Below are positions 63,918 to 64,000 of a stretch of 64,000 nt of DNA, in pieces. The notes under the pieces were generated by a model, which ran no database searches, was not told where the DNA came from, and saw only the letters and a program-made list of their open reading frames with translations. The stretch covers positions 38,068,001 through 38,132,000 of the forward strand of contig CAIIXF020000001.1 in assembly GCA_903813345.2 (NCBI GenBank), written 5' to 3'. A program made the position numbers and the translations under genes. How positions within the stretch are numbered: the stretch's first letter is position 1; each line of letters begins with the position of its first letter. The DNA is from Owenia fusiformis. Taxonomy: Eukaryota.

Positions 63918-64000
63918 ACAAAGAAATGAATGACAAAACTGACTCTGGTCTAACCATTAAAATAATTCACAAAATATGAGAGAAGTAATTGCTACATTCC

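Noticed and set aside
1..64000. tRNA, rRNA, snoRNA genes or intact transposase/RT ORFs
   Set aside because: None recognisable by eye; tRNAscan-SE/Infernal not run, so small RNAs cannot be excluded.

Overview
AT-rich eukaryotic (animal, probably a marine invertebrate/lophotrochozoan; taxon is inference) genomic window with three spliced protein-coding genes reconstructed by hand from splice signals and reading-frame continuity: (1) the 3' part of a PEA3-subfamily ETS transcription factor (ETV1/4/5-like, + strand, exons 5879-5944, 16106-16308, 17780-18355); (2) a complete 8-exon ZNF830/CCDC16-like gene (+, 22535-26844, 310 aa) whose first intron is a minor-spliceosome (U12) AT-AC intron; (3) a complete 14-exon molybdenum cofactor sulfurase MOCOS (-, 53772-27280, 950 aa) convergent with ZNF830. 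A probable non-coding first exon of a fourth, divergently transcribed gene lies just upstream of MOCOS. Introns and intergenic DNA are packed with non-autonomous DNA elements (Helentron/HINE-like elements with internal tandem arrays, Kolobok-, Tc1/mariner-, hAT-, P-like MITEs, long foldbacks, a 9-bp-TSD family inserted twice) and several minisatellites with higher-order structure. No prokaryote-type system (CRISPR, operon) is present, and most of the provided ORF track is spurious. I did not find a convincing wholly new biological system; the most notable items are the AT-AC intron in a splicing-associated gene, the tight tail-to-tail and head-to-head gene packing, and the unusual transposon architectures.
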